47,776 nt of DNA from a virus: positions 1 through 47,776 of the IMG/VR virus record IMGVR_UViG_3300048912_000197. One strand, given 5' to 3'. The notes under the pieces were generated by a model, which made no database searches, was not told the DNA's origin, and saw nothing but the letters and a program-made list of their open reading frames with translations. Each line of letters opens with the position of its first letter. Within the stretch, counting starts at the first letter, position 1. Positions 7,871 to 16,763 of this stretch are shown piece by piece. A program made the position numbers and the translations under genes.

Positions 7871-8570
7871 GGGAGGCCGGTCCTTTCTGGGCTGCTAGCC
7901 ACTCTGCTGCGCCTTCCGGGGCTTCGAGCAGGTCAAGCACGTTCGCGCGGTTGAGCACGTCAGACAGCCGAAGCACGCGCTGCAGCCGCCTTCCGTTCGG
8001 CCACTGCCAGTGGCCCGCTTCCGTCAGCACGAGGCCCGTGGACTTCGCCACGCCTTCGACGCTGCCCGGTTTCCAGAGCTCGGGCGAAAGTCTCGCCTGC
8101 CCGTACTCGTACGAGTGCAGCACCGCGCCGGTCTTGGTCTGGTCCGTCAGCGCGGCGCAGACGATCACGTGCGCGTCCGTGCCGTCAGCCTTTTGCCACA
8201 CCACCCACACGTCACCGGGCAGCGGCAGCTCGGGGCCGCCCGTCAGGTGCGTGCTCGGCGTGCGGTACGGGCCGCGCCACATGTCCGAAATGTTGTGCCC
8301 GTACCTGAACGGGGCAAGCTCGTGCGAATTGATCCACGGGGTGCGCACGCCAAGGCGGAACCAAAGCCAGTGGGCGAGATCGCCGCACGAGCTGTACGAG
8401 GGCCCCGGATCGCGGCCACCGGTGACGGCCCTGTACACGGGGCTTTGCTCGGTCACACCGTGCGCGCCGTTCGTGGCGGCCTCGCACAAGCCAATCACCA
8501 GCGCGCGGCGCGGGGCCACGATCAGGTCCAGCACTTCGCCGGTGTTGCGTTCGTTCGGTTGCTCGGTCAC
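7863..8570 (-). CDS. putative cell-wall peptidase / endolysin (papain-like Cys-His, NlpC/P60- or CHAP-type)
   Basis: The GTG at 8570 overlaps the upstream stop (GTGA), giving 235 aa. The candidate nucleophile sits in SYSSCGDLAHWLWF. The candidate His sits in PGDVWVVWQKADGTDAHVIVCA, the usual 'PGD...HV' context of these peptidases. The longer ORF to 8741 is R-rich shadow sequence. Confidence 0.45.
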   Translation of the reverse strand: MTEQPNERNTGEVLDLIVAPRRALVIGLCEAATNGAHGVTEQSPVYRAVTGGRDPGPSYSSCGDLAHWLWFRLGVRTPWINSHELAPFRYGHNISDMWRGPYRTPSTHLTGGPELPLPGDVWVVWQKADGTDAHVIVCAALTDQTKTGAVLHSYEYGQARLSPELWKPGSVEGVAKSTGLVLTEAGHWQWPNGRRLQRVLRLSDVLNRANVLDLLEAPEGAAEWLAAQKGPASHV

Positions 8571-8749
8571 TGCTTCGCTCGCATTCGGCTGACGAAAGAC
8601 TGACGGCGCTTGAGCTCGTACAGCGCGGCGCGCGCGGCTGCTTCGGGATCTTCGGCCGTGAAAATGAGATCGAGCAAGGCCACGATCAGCTGCTGCACCG
8701 CGGGCGCGAGCGCGCGAGCCTTGCGCAAGAGCGGCAGCCACTCGATCAC
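8567..8749 (-). CDS. small hydrophobic protein (60 aa; holin-like candidate)
   Basis: The GTG at 8749 overlaps the lipoprotein stop (GTGA). It has a hydrophobic segment, LAPAVQQLIVALLDLIF, and a basic C-terminus. The upstream part of ORF 8567..8965 is R-rich shadow sequence. Confidence 0.5.
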   Translation of the reverse strand: MIEWLPLLRKARALAPAVQQLIVALLDLIFTAEDPEAAARAALYELKRRQSFVSRMRAKQ

Positions 8750-8991
8750 TGGATCCCCCTGCAGCTTTCCTGCGCGGTCTGCAGCCACGTCAAGATCGCT
8801 TCCGACTGCGGGCAGACGCCCCACGAAAGCGAGCGGTCCAGGCACCACGAACGGAAAGCCTGCTCTGCCACGGCTTCGGCTGCGTCGTAGCACGCCACGC
8901 GCGCGGGCGGGGGCGTGGCTGCGTCCTGCGGACCGGGGAAGCACCCCGAGCAGGCGAGCGCGCAAGTTAGGGCGAAGCCTCGAGCGTTCAC
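8746..8991 (-). CDS. small secreted protein / lipoprotein, Cys-rich (outer-spanin-like candidate)
   Basis: 81 aa with a GTG start. The N-terminus MNARGFALTCALA-C-SGC is a signal peptide with an AXA / lipobox-like site. The protein contains 7 Cys. Confidence 0.55.
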   Translation of the reverse strand: MNARGFALTCALACSGCFPGPQDAATPPPARVACYDAAEAVAEQAFRSWCLDRSLSWGVCPQSEAILTWLQTAQESCRGIQ

Positions 8992-9015
8992 GGGCCCAAG
9001 CTACACGGCCGGAAA

Positions 9016-9034
9016 GTAAAAACGCAAGTGCGTT
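9016..9034 (-). terminator. weak intrinsic terminator candidate after the fibre gene block
   Basis: The minus-strand RNA reads AACGC-ACUU-GCGUU followed by UUUUUAC. The stem is only 5 bp and it overlaps the TAA of 9033..9368. Confidence 0.3.
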
Positions 9035-9368
9035 ACGGGGTCAGGCGCTTGCAGATTTTCAGCGTGCCCCGCGCGATCGTTTCGATCTGCCCGGTGGCGG
9101 TCTGCAGCTGCACTTCGGTGTCAAATTCTTCCGTGGCAGCTACGGACGCAGTGTCTGACGGTTCCAAGATCACGCGAGCCAATCCGGCGATCGCGTCCGT
9201 CACTTCGATCCCAAGGTCCGAAGTGCTTCGCGCAATCACGGTGCCGGTGGCGCGGCCGATCGCGGTAAACCAAAGCTGCGCGCCCGTGAGATCTTCGGGT
9301 GCGCCACTTCGCAGCACGGCAAAGGGAAGCACTCGATCATTGCGTGCCGTGATTTCGAAATAGCTCAT
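9033..9368 (-). CDS. hypothetical small structural protein (tail fibre module)
   Basis: 111 aa. ATGA overlap with the upstream gene. Beta-rich composition. Assigned by position only. Confidence 0.55.
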   Translation of the reverse strand: MSYFEITARNDRVLPFAVLRSGAPEDLTGAQLWFTAIGRATGTVIARSTSDLGIEVTDAIAGLARVILEPSDTASVAATEEFDTEVQLQTATGQIETIARGTLKICKRLTP

Positions 9369-10282
9369 TGGAAAACCGCCTGCGCAGTGGGTTCGGCCGA
9401 CAGCTCACACACTGCCACGGGCTGCAGCTCAAGCGAAGTCTGCGCTTGGGGGTAGATCACCCTGCGGCGGTCCCCGAGCGCATCCCTGCCGGCGACCGCG
9501 CCGGCCTCGAGCACGTGCCCCCAAATGGTGTCATCCACCAGCACGCCAGAGAAAGCGTCTGCGCCTGCAACCGCGCCGCCGTCCACCACCGCGCCGAGCA
9601 CGTGCAGCGATCCCGAAAACGCGTCCGCGCCAGCGGGCTGCCCTGCGTCTGCGAGCGCGCCACCGATCTCGGCCGCGATCAGCGAGATCACCTGCAGCCC
9701 TGCGTAATTCGTGGACGCCACCGTGGCAGTGGTGGCGCTCGCGCCGGGCGAGTCCATTTGCGCGATCCGTCCGTTTCGGCCGGGCAGCGTTGCGTTTGAC
9801 AGCTCGGTAGCACCTGCGATCGCCGGTGTGGTGGTCCAATTGATCAGCGCAGCGAGCACGAGATCCTGCGCGGTGCTGTCCACGGTGGCGGCCACCGGCA
9901 GCCCTTCGCCAAACGGCTCGGGCACGTAAAAGCCCGTGTCACGCACTGCGCCAGCGCCGGACAGGAAGGCGACGAAATAGAACGGGCCGCGGCCGTTGTC
10001 CCAAGGCGAACCCCACGACACGGCAAGCGTGGCGGCCCCTTCCGCAACGGCCCCGAAGTACGATCCCCAGCACAGATTTGGCTGCCCGCTATTCGTTGGG
10101 TGCGTTTCGTTCACCAACGCAAGCGAGTGCCCGGCCAGCGTCATCGAAGCAACGGGCACCGCTTCCCGACCGTCACCCCAGCCCATGGCTGTCACCACCA
10201 CGCCAGTGGTGCCGGCCGGGACGGTAACCGCGCCACCCCCATCGGTGGTGATCGCGGCAACGGCAAGGACTGCGATCGTCAT
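9365..10282 (-). CDS. tail fibre module protein with repeated GAVAGADAFSG motif
   Basis: 305 aa, A/G/T/V-rich. AGADAFSG occurs twice and there is one degenerate copy (AGRDALGD). Assigned by position. Confidence 0.55.
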   Translation of the reverse strand: MTIAVLAVAAITTDGGGAVTVPAGTTGVVVTAMGWGDGREAVPVASMTLAGHSLALVNETHPTNSGQPNLCWGSYFGAVAEGAATLAVSWGSPWDNGRGPFYFVAFLSGAGAVRDTGFYVPEPFGEGLPVAATVDSTAQDLVLAALINWTTTPAIAGATELSNATLPGRNGRIAQMDSPGASATTATVASTNYAGLQVISLIAAEIGGALADAGQPAGADAFSGSLHVLGAVVDGGAVAGADAFSGVLVDDTIWGHVLEAGAVAGRDALGDRRRVIYPQAQTSLELQPVAVCELSAEPTAQAVFQ

Positions 10283-10285
10283 GGA

Positions 10286-10675
10286 TCAGGGTGCGTTGCT
10301 GACCGTGTGGGTGCCCGTGGCAAAGGCGATCGTGCGGCCCGCTGCGGGGATCACCAGCGTGTCCAGGCCGAGCTGCGCCACGTTGGTGCTGGACCAAACG
10401 ACCGCGCCGGCAGCCGTCAAAAATTGGTAGTTATCGATCGTGCCTGCTGCGACCGAGTCACCGGACAGCTTGTTAGCCGAGCCGATGGGGTTGGTGCCGT
10501 CCACGCCTCGCAGCGTGAGCACCACGCCCGAAACGTCCGCCGCCGTGGCAGCTAGTGCTACATCGCAGATCGTGGTGGCGCCTGCGCGCATTCGAAGCTT
10601 GCCACCTGCAAGCCTTGCAGGAAGCGAGGCCGCGAAGCCCCCGAGCGTTGCGGTTGAATAGGTGACGTCTGACAT
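10286..10675 (-). CDS. hypothetical tail fibre module protein
   Basis: 129 aa, A/G/T-rich and beta-like. Tight spacing with its neighbours. Confidence 0.5.
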   Translation of the reverse strand: MSDVTYSTATLGGFAASLPARLAGGKLRMRAGATTICDVALAATAADVSGVVLTLRGVDGTNPIGSANKLSGDSVAAGTIDNYQFLTAAGAVVWSSTNVAQLGLDTLVIPAAGRTIAFATGTHTVSNAP

Positions 10676-10689
10676 TTGTTAGTCCCTTG

Positions 10690-11739
10690 TTAGGCCAGGT
10701 TTGCCGCTCCCCAGCGGGCGGCGCAGGAGTCTCGCATGGCTTGGATCTCGGTCAGCGTGTACGCGCTCGGGGACACCCAAAGCGCGTCAAAAATCTCAGG
10801 GCTGCCCAAAGTGGTGATCGATCCGATACCATCGCCGGACGAGCTATTGACTGTGGTGGAATAAGCACCGCCCGCGCTGGTTAGCGCTGCCGGGGTGCTG
10901 GTGGCTAGCGCCTGCCCTGCGTAAAAGGTGGCCACGCTGCCGTCATACGTCACGCCAAAAAAGCAGTGCCCGGTGCTCGGTAGAAAGTTGGCTGCGCTGG
11001 ACAACGTGATCGCAGCAGCATCGCTCGCGCAACGTTTCGCGATCCGCAGTTGCCGGGACGCCGCGTAATTAAATTCGATCGGGTAGTTGGTGGTGGTCCC
11101 GCCGAGCCGGAAGATCTGCCCGGTTGTGGTTGCGCCTTGCTTTGCAACTGCGAAAACAGAAAAAGCCTGATTGGCAGAGCTCGTAAAGTAAGCGTTTCGA
11201 AACCCGCCGCCGATCTGCATTCCGCTTTGGAAAGCCCAGATCGTGCCGGTCACGCCAAGTAGCCCCGCGCCGATCGGCAAGCAGCGATGCCCTTGGCCCG
11301 CATTGGACACCAGCCGAGGATATGATCCGGCGATCTTGTTCGCCCAAGATTCCAACTGCGTACGATAGATCCGGTTAAGGATAATATTGCTGAGATAGTC
11401 CGGCGCGCTAAGCGTCAGCCCGTTGCCTAGATCCATGCTCGGATTGTAGGCAAACGCGGTGCCGTAAGTGACGCCCCCGTCAGTGCTCATTTGCAGAGTC
11501 GTGGCCCCATCGCCGGGATATCCGGTAGCGTTCGGCTTGAACCTAAGATCCAGCACCTGACCCTGCGCGCCCTGCAGCATCATGATCGGCCCCGTGGTGG
11601 TGGTGCTCGGGCTGACAATGTCGGACATGACCATGTCCGCGGGATCGTCCAGCACGTGCAGCACGGTGCTGCCGGGCACGTACAGCGGCAGCATGCGCCG
11701 GGACGCGCCCGAATAGCCGGAATACTTGCGAGCAACCAT
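10690..11739 (-). CDS. tail fibre / receptor-binding protein with LamG (concanavalin-like lectin) type C-terminal domain
   Basis: 349 aa. The C-terminal ...HCFFGVTYDGSVATFYAGQALAT... resembles the LamG/Laminin_G_3 signature (h.a.tyDg..l.lY.dG). Confidence 0.5.
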   Translation of the reverse strand: MVARKYSGYSGASRRMLPLYVPGSTVLHVLDDPADMVMSDIVSPSTTTTGPIMMLQGAQGQVLDLRFKPNATGYPGDGATTLQMSTDGGVTYGTAFAYNPSMDLGNGLTLSAPDYLSNIILNRIYRTQLESWANKIAGSYPRLVSNAGQGHRCLPIGAGLLGVTGTIWAFQSGMQIGGGFRNAYFTSSANQAFSVFAVAKQGATTTGQIFRLGGTTTNYPIEFNYAASRQLRIAKRCASDAAAITLSSAANFLPSTGHCFFGVTYDGSVATFYAGQALATSTPAALTSAGGAYSTTVNSSSGDGIGSITTLGSPEIFDALWVSPSAYTLTEIQAMRDSCAARWGAANLA

Positions 11740-12740
11740 TAGGATACCCGCAGCGTGGTGGCCCCGGTGCGCGTCACCACGTACGTGGGATCCGCGGTGG
11801 TGGTGGAGCTCGCAGTGGTGGAGCCGGGCAGAGTCATGGCCGCGCCTGCGCTGCCGCCGTTCACGGTGTCCGAGCCCGAGCCTTGCACCGTGATCCCGTT
11901 GCTCGAAGTGTTAGTTTTCTGGATCTGGATGCTTTCGCCGATCTTGAGATTTGACAGCGTCAGCGCGCAGGTGCCGCTGGTGTACGTGACGAGCACCAGG
12001 CCCGTGCCTGCGGCCACCGTGGAAGTGGACGTGCTGACCGTGGCGATTGCGCCAGTCAGCACCCAAGCGGCGGACGTGGCGTCCCAAAGCCTCACCTGCC
12101 CGGCACTCGTGCCAGCGGCCAGTGCGGTGGCCGGCACGGTGCCGGCCTTGAGCACCACGCCGTCCAAGAGCCCGGTGGCGTACGGCGCTTCGAAGTATGC
12201 CCAGCCCGCACCGTTGTAACGCAGCCACACGATCTGATATGTGGTGGACTGCGCGGTGATCGTGAGATCCGCGGCTGCGTCATTGATCAGCGCGCCATTG
12301 CGCGCGATCGTCAGCGCCACATTGGGGATCGCGCAGACTCCAATGATCGTCCCGGTCGCTCGGGATGCGTCACTAGGTAGCGTGATCGTGATCGCGGTAG
12401 CCCCTGCGTACACCAGCAACGGCGCTTCCGAGTACGTGGCCGGGGCCCAATCGGTCTGCGTGATCGTGTGGCTGGAAAGGGTATTCCACGAAATGCACGC
12501 GTAAGGCGTGGGGCCGTCCGCGCCCGGCGCGCCGGGGTCGCCGGCAGGACCGGGATCGCCGGGCGGGCCTGCGTCGCCGGGCGGGCCTTCCGGGCCAATG
12601 CCGATCTGCGACCATGAAACCGCCACTTCGGTGGGCAGCGGCATGCTGCCGGGCCAGTCCGCTGCGGCGAAGTCTTGGGAATTGCTCGGCCAGTAAACCA
12701 GATCCCCAGCCCGCACACCTTGCATCAAATAGCTTGACAT
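11739..12740 (-). CDS. tail fibre protein with collagen-like G-X-Y segment
   Basis: 333 aa. Residues 49-78 read GPEGPPGDAGPPGDPGPAGDPGAPGADGPT, which is 10 uninterrupted G-X-Y triplets. The rest is T/A/G/S-rich and beta-like. Confidence 0.7.
   Translation of the reverse strand: MSSYLMQGVRAGDLVYWPSNSQDFAAADWPGSMPLPTEVAVSWSQIGIGPEGPPGDAGPPGDPGPAGDPGAPGADGPTPYACISWNTLSSHTITQTDWAPATYSEAPLLVYAGATAITITLPSDASRATGTIIGVCAIPNVALTIARNGALINDAAADLTITAQSTTYQIVWLRYNGAGWAYFEAPYATGLLDGVVLKAGTVPATALAAGTSAGQVRLWDATSAAWVLTGAIATVSTSTSTVAAGTGLVLVTYTSGTCALTLSNLKIGESIQIQKTNTSSNGITVQGSGSDTVNGGSAGAAMTLPGSTTASSTTTADPTYVVTRTGATTLRVS
12507..12596 (-). repeat. collagen-like (G-X-Y)x10 coding repeat
   Basis: Translation of 12596 down to 12507 on the minus strand gives ten consecutive Gly-X-Y triplets. 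Confidence 0.9.
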
Positions 12741-13150
12741 TATGGCACCAGCTGGCAGCTACGCAGGATCGCGAATTCGTCTTCCGCAGGCGCGCCCACC
12801 TTGGTGCAGGCCGCTTGGAATTGGTACTGATGCCCGGCAAGCAGCACGCCCGCGGTGCCTTCCGCTCGGATCTCGGCGGTGCCTGAAATGCTCGTCAGCA
12901 TTCCGGCCACCGGCGCGCGGGCGGTCACGTCGAAAACGCGCACGCGCAGGATCAGCCCTGCAGCAGTCACGAGACCGATGGCTTGGATCTTCGCGGACGG
13001 TACGTCCAGCGAAACCACGAAACCGCCGATCACGATCCATGGATCGGGCGTGGTGCCAGAGTCGAAGGCCGTGATCTCTTCCTGCCGCGTGCTGTACGCA
13101 GAAACGATCTCGATCTGGCCGGTTGTCGTAAGTGCAATTGCTGCGGGCAT
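12740..13150 (-). CDS. hypothetical baseplate-periphery protein
   Basis: 136 aa. It lies between the J-like wedge gene and the fibre gene, and its TAA shares one base with the next ATG. Assigned by position only. Confidence 0.5.
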   Translation of the reverse strand: MPAAIALTTTGQIEIVSAYSTRQEEITAFDSGTTPDPWIVIGGFVVSLDVPSAKIQAIGLVTAAGLILRVRVFDVTARAPVAGMLTSISGTAEIRAEGTAGVLLAGHQYQFQAACTKVGAPAEDEFAILRSCQLVP

Positions 13151-13162
13151 TGGTTCGATCCG

Positions 13163-14359
13163 TCAGAGAATGTTCACCACGATCCGCACGTCCGCGAACC
13201 GTGCGCGCTGGCGAGCGGCCACGGGAATGTCATCAAACAACGTGGGGGAAGCCGCCGTGCCGAGCTTGAGCCTGGCATTTGTGACCCCACCCTGGTCAAG
13301 TGCGAAGCCGCCCACGCGCATGGCTAGCACGTCTTCGCCGCTGCCGTACTCGTCAGCGCAGCGCGCTGCGATCGCGGCCTTGAACGCCGCGTCCCCCACG
13401 TATGTGTCAGCGTCCACGGTCAGATCGTACGTCAAATAAATATTGAGCGCGCTCGGGCGCGAAAACGGGATCGTCTGATCGTCCCCGTTGTCATCCAGCG
13501 CGGTGCCGGACAGATCACCAACCGGGTGCGAATTGGTGGGCTTCGAATCCCAGATCGCTTGTGCGATCGTATTGTTTGCGATCAGCCCGTCATCATCGAT
13601 CACGGTTTCGAATGACAGCATTGGCACGCCGTTGCTGTCCGTGGTCAGGGTTGAGTTTTCCAGGATCGTCACGTCCAGCGTGCTCGGCGCGCCGGCTGCC
13701 CCCTCGAGCGCGTTTTCCACGTCCACGCGCATGGCATCGAAAGTCCCCGAGCCGGGCGCGGCAACTTCTTGATCGCGCTTTAGTCGCAGGTGCGGATCGT
13801 CTTCCACCAGGCTGCCGGGCGTTGCATCTTCCGCGTTCGTGGTGGACGTCCAGCCGATGACGGCCGAAGCCACCACGGTCAGCGTGCCTGCGGGCGCTTC
13901 CACCGGGCCCGTGGTTTCCGAGCGGAAGAGCACGTCAAAGCTGCCCGCGGTCTCGGCTTCGAAATCCTGATCGGGCGTGAACCGCACGTCCGGGCGATCG
14001 CTGCGGCTGACCCACGCTTCGCCGGTGTTCAGCTGCGAGCCGAGCTCCACCACCACGGTCTGCGTGACGTACGAATAACTTTCCCCGTCACGCGTGGTGC
14101 CGGTCAACGCGCAGACGTTGTCCAGCATGTCATTTTCTGCGTAGTTGGGATCGATCGCGTGGTAGCAAAGGCGCGCAACTTCCCAGACCAGCGCGCCCTG
14201 CCGCGCGTTGATCCCGTTGCACTGGCCCATGATCGTCTTGGACGAAAGGTCCAGCTGCGGATCGATCCGGCTGCGCTGATCCACTTCGAGATCGGACATA
14301 ATGTCCCGCAGCGTTTTCGCTCGGAAGCCTTCCGGGTTGACTCCAAATTGCGCTGTCAT
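13163..14359 (-). CDS. baseplate wedge protein, Baseplate_J (T4 gp6 / P2 gpJ / Mu gp47) family
   Basis: 398 aa. The N-terminus ...FRAKTLRDIMSDLEVDQRSRIDPQLDLSS...ALTGTTRDGES... has the typical J-like layout, and the gene follows a gp25-like gene. Confidence 0.7.
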   Translation of the reverse strand: MTAQFGVNPEGFRAKTLRDIMSDLEVDQRSRIDPQLDLSSKTIMGQCNGINARQGALVWEVARLCYHAIDPNYAENDMLDNVCALTGTTRDGESYSYVTQTVVVELGSQLNTGEAWVSRSDRPDVRFTPDQDFEAETAGSFDVLFRSETTGPVEAPAGTLTVVASAVIGWTSTTNAEDATPGSLVEDDPHLRLKRDQEVAAPGSGTFDAMRVDVENALEGAAGAPSTLDVTILENSTLTTDSNGVPMLSFETVIDDDGLIANNTIAQAIWDSKPTNSHPVGDLSGTALDDNGDDQTIPFSRPSALNIYLTYDLTVDADTYVGDAAFKAAIAARCADEYGSGEDVLAMRVGGFALDQGGVTNARLKLGTAASPTLFDDIPVAARQRARFADVRIVVNIL

Positions 14360-14362
14360 GGA

Positions 14363-14767
14363 TCAAGCCGCTTTATCTAGTGAGAAAACCCAACGCGCGT
14401 CCAAGCGGGAATCCACGGTCAGCGCGTTGCCGTCATCGCAGGTGCAGGAAAAAACCACGCCAAGCGTGCGGTTTGCCCGATCGAACAAGAGCCGAAAGCC
14501 GGTCAGCGTGACCACGCCCGCGGTCTGCCGGATCATGCGCACGAAAAGGGTGCGTACGACAACTAGATCAGGATCCTTGACCAGCACGTCCCGGCGGTAC
14601 GGCACGCCTTCCGAAGCGTCCAAGAACCATTCGCCTAGCCAGAAATTGAAGCCGTTCCAAATCGACTGGCGCACGTATTCCACGCCGCGCACCAGCGCCA
14701 GATCGGTCTTGCCGTTCGGCAGGGTCACGAGCTGCAGATCGTTGGGTGGGATGTACCGGAAGATCAT
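14363..14767 (-). CDS. baseplate wedge initiator (gp25 / GPW / DUF2634-like)
   Basis: 134 aa. It contains ...VRGVEYVRQSIWNGFNFWLGEWFLDASEGVPY..., the 'eav.Q.i...L.t..GEw' type motif. It sits directly before the J-like gene. Confidence 0.55.
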   Translation of the reverse strand: MIFRYIPPNDLQLVTLPNGKTDLALVRGVEYVRQSIWNGFNFWLGEWFLDASEGVPYRRDVLVKDPDLVVVRTLFVRMIRQTAGVVTLTGFRLLFDRANRTLGVVFSCTCDDGNALTVDSRLDARWVFSLDKAA

Positions 14768-14768
14768 A

Positions 14769-15434
14769 TCACTCTGCTTTCGTCTTGCTGGCGGCTGTCG
14801 AGGGAAGCGGGCCCACCAGGGACGTGGGCGCGGAGATCACGCCAGGCACTGCGGACGCGCCCACCGTGGCCGTGGTGGTGTGAATGTGCGTATCGAAGGC
14901 GCCCTGCAGCGCGTTGACATTCGCGTCCACCTTTTCGGCGATGGCCACCAGCTTGGCAAGGATCCCGCCTAGCCGGATCTCGGGGCCGTTCAGCACAAGC
15001 CCGGTCCCGAGCGCCTGCGGCCCGAGCACTTTGGCGATCGTCAATTCGCCAGGCTGGCACCATGCGTACGAAAGCCCGAGCCGAGTCAGATCTGCCGGCG
15101 CGCTCTTCTGCCCCGTGAGCCTGTACTCACTCACGGAAGCTTCATAGAAAATGAGATCCACGCCGTCCCCGGCCTCGAGCGGAAAGGTTAGCGAGCAGCC
15201 GCCGCCAGCAGGAAACCGCACCTTGACGTTTTGGATCGGCGCGAAGTCCAAGGCGGTGGTGCCCCCATCTTCCTTGTCCACCACGCGCTTGACCATGGGC
15301 TGCACGGTCGCGGTCTGCGTGGTCGCGTCATAGCTGACCACGGTGGCCGGCAGTGACACATGCACGCGCGCGAGCGCGTTAGCTACCGCAACCTGTAGCA
15401 GCTCCTGCAGATCTGGCTCTTGTGTCGTGGCCAT
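14769..15434 (-). CDS. baseplate central spike protein (Gp138 N-terminal / Mu gp45-like OB domain)
   Basis: The ATG at 15434 overlaps the hub gene stop (ATGA). The region ...ATVVSYDATTQTATVQPMV...IQNVKVRFPAGGGCSLTFPLEAGDGVDLIF... fits the spike OB-fold signature. Confidence 0.6.
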   Translation of the reverse strand: MATTQEPDLQELLQVAVANALARVHVSLPATVVSYDATTQTATVQPMVKRVVDKEDGGTTALDFAPIQNVKVRFPAGGGCSLTFPLEAGDGVDLIFYEASVSEYRLTGQKSAPADLTRLGLSYAWCQPGELTIAKVLGPQALGTGLVLNGPEIRLGGILAKLVAIAEKVDANVNALQGAFDTHIHTTTATVGASAVPGVISAPTSLVGPLPSTAASKTKAE

Positions 15435-16342
15435 CAGTACCGCTTCGCTTCTAGATCGATCCCCCACTCATTGCCGTGCGTATCGCCTTCCCACTTGGCG
15501 GTTTCGATCCTGTAGTTGCCTTTGATCCGCTTCGAATCGATCACAACCAACCGCCCGGGGCGCACGTCCGGGGTCATCATGATTTTGCATTTCAGTACGC
15601 CAGCCTGGTCAACGCTCGGGCTTTCGATCAGGCCCGTGCTGTCCGTCAAGATTAGCGGCTGCTGCGCGATCGCCTTGCCGCGATCCGTGATCTGCAGCTG
15701 CCCGTCCTGGATTGACCATTCGAGATCTGCGCTGCGGCAAAAGTCCGTCAGCCACTCTGCCGAGCTCCCCGAGATCGAGACACCGCCCGCGAACATTAGG
15801 GCTTTGCCCTTCGCCTTGACGAGCTGCGCGGCCTTGAGCATTTCCGCGCTGGCGTTCTTGATTCCCAGCGTCTTGCCGATGGCCACTAGCGCGGACTCGA
15901 TCGGCGCACCTGGCCCGACCGAGATCGCGGCGTGGCTTTCGCGGTAAGCTTTTTCCCCGTCACCGCTGGTCAGCGTGGTGATCCAATCGGTGCGTTCGTA
16001 CTCACTCACCACCGTGCGCAGATCGCCAAGCCAGATCTGCGACTGGCCCCACGACTTGTGGCCGGCCTCGAGCTTGACGGGGATCCCGCGTTTTTTCTGC
16101 AGCGCGTTCTTGCGCAGATCTTCGAAGGCCGATCGCGTGGCTTCCGAAAGGTTGAACACTTCCACGCTGCAGACGTTCGGCGTGGGCTTGATCTTTTTTT
16201 CAACCGCAAACCTGCAGCGCAGCCCCTCGATCTTGTACTGATCGATCTGCAGCGTGTAGATCCGATCCATGCGCGAGCCAAGCGCCACCGTGCCGCCTGG
16301 TGCGGTCAGCGCTTGAAAGTACGTGCTGGTGGGGTCGGCCAT
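15434..16342 (-). CDS. baseplate hub protein (gp27 / gpD-like, by position)
   Basis: 302 aa. It lies between the plug and spike genes. No strong motif; the assignment rests on position and size. Confidence 0.45.
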   Translation of the reverse strand: MADPTSTYFQALTAPGGTVALGSRMDRIYTLQIDQYKIEGLRCRFAVEKKIKPTPNVCSVEVFNLSEATRSAFEDLRKNALQKKRGIPVKLEAGHKSWGQSQIWLGDLRTVVSEYERTDWITTLTSGDGEKAYRESHAAISVGPGAPIESALVAIGKTLGIKNASAEMLKAAQLVKAKGKALMFAGGVSISGSSAEWLTDFCRSADLEWSIQDGQLQITDRGKAIAQQPLILTDSTGLIESPSVDQAGVLKCKIMMTPDVRPGRLVVIDSKRIKGNYRIETAKWEGDTHGNEWGIDLEAKRY

Positions 16343-16354
16343 TGCTCGCGCAGG

Positions 16355-16747
16355 TTAGAGGATCTCGGGCTCTTGGGAATAGTACGTCAGTTCACACCGG
16401 CGACCGGGCCCGAGCTCCCCGAGCTTCGGCGTTGCAGGGTTGCCGCTCAAGTCCTGCACCACGAATTCCCCGATCGGTACCGGCCTCGAGCGCAGGTATA
16501 CCAGCATGGGCTTGAGCACCACGCATTTTAGATCGAGCGCGATCGGCTGATCGTTCGCGTCGTACACCGAAAGCAGGAAGCACTCTTCCCGTGTGGAGTA
16601 GTCCAGCGCGCAGCTGTAATCCGTGCCGTCCAGCGTCACGCGGAAGGTCTGATAAACTGCGTCCGGATCGTTCGGCACTGCGAGAAATGCGCGCGTGCCT
16701 GCTTCGGCCTGATTGAGCTCGTTTTGCAGTGCGTAAATGTCGGCCAT
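16355..16747 (-). CDS. baseplate plug / tail-tip protein (recalls the cyanophage Pam3 gp18 plug family)
   Basis: 130 aa. ...FRVTLDGTDYSCALDYSTREECFLLSVYDANDQPIALDLKCV...CELTYY... matches the 'L.g..y.l.l.yn.r...w.ldi.d..g.pi' pattern I recall for this family. Unverified. Confidence 0.45.
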   Translation of the reverse strand: MADIYALQNELNQAEAGTRAFLAVPNDPDAVYQTFRVTLDGTDYSCALDYSTREECFLLSVYDANDQPIALDLKCVVLKPMLVYLRSRPVPIGEFVVQDLSGNPATPKLGELGPGRRCELTYYSQEPEIL

Positions 16748-16763
16748 GTTAGTGCCTCGTTAG

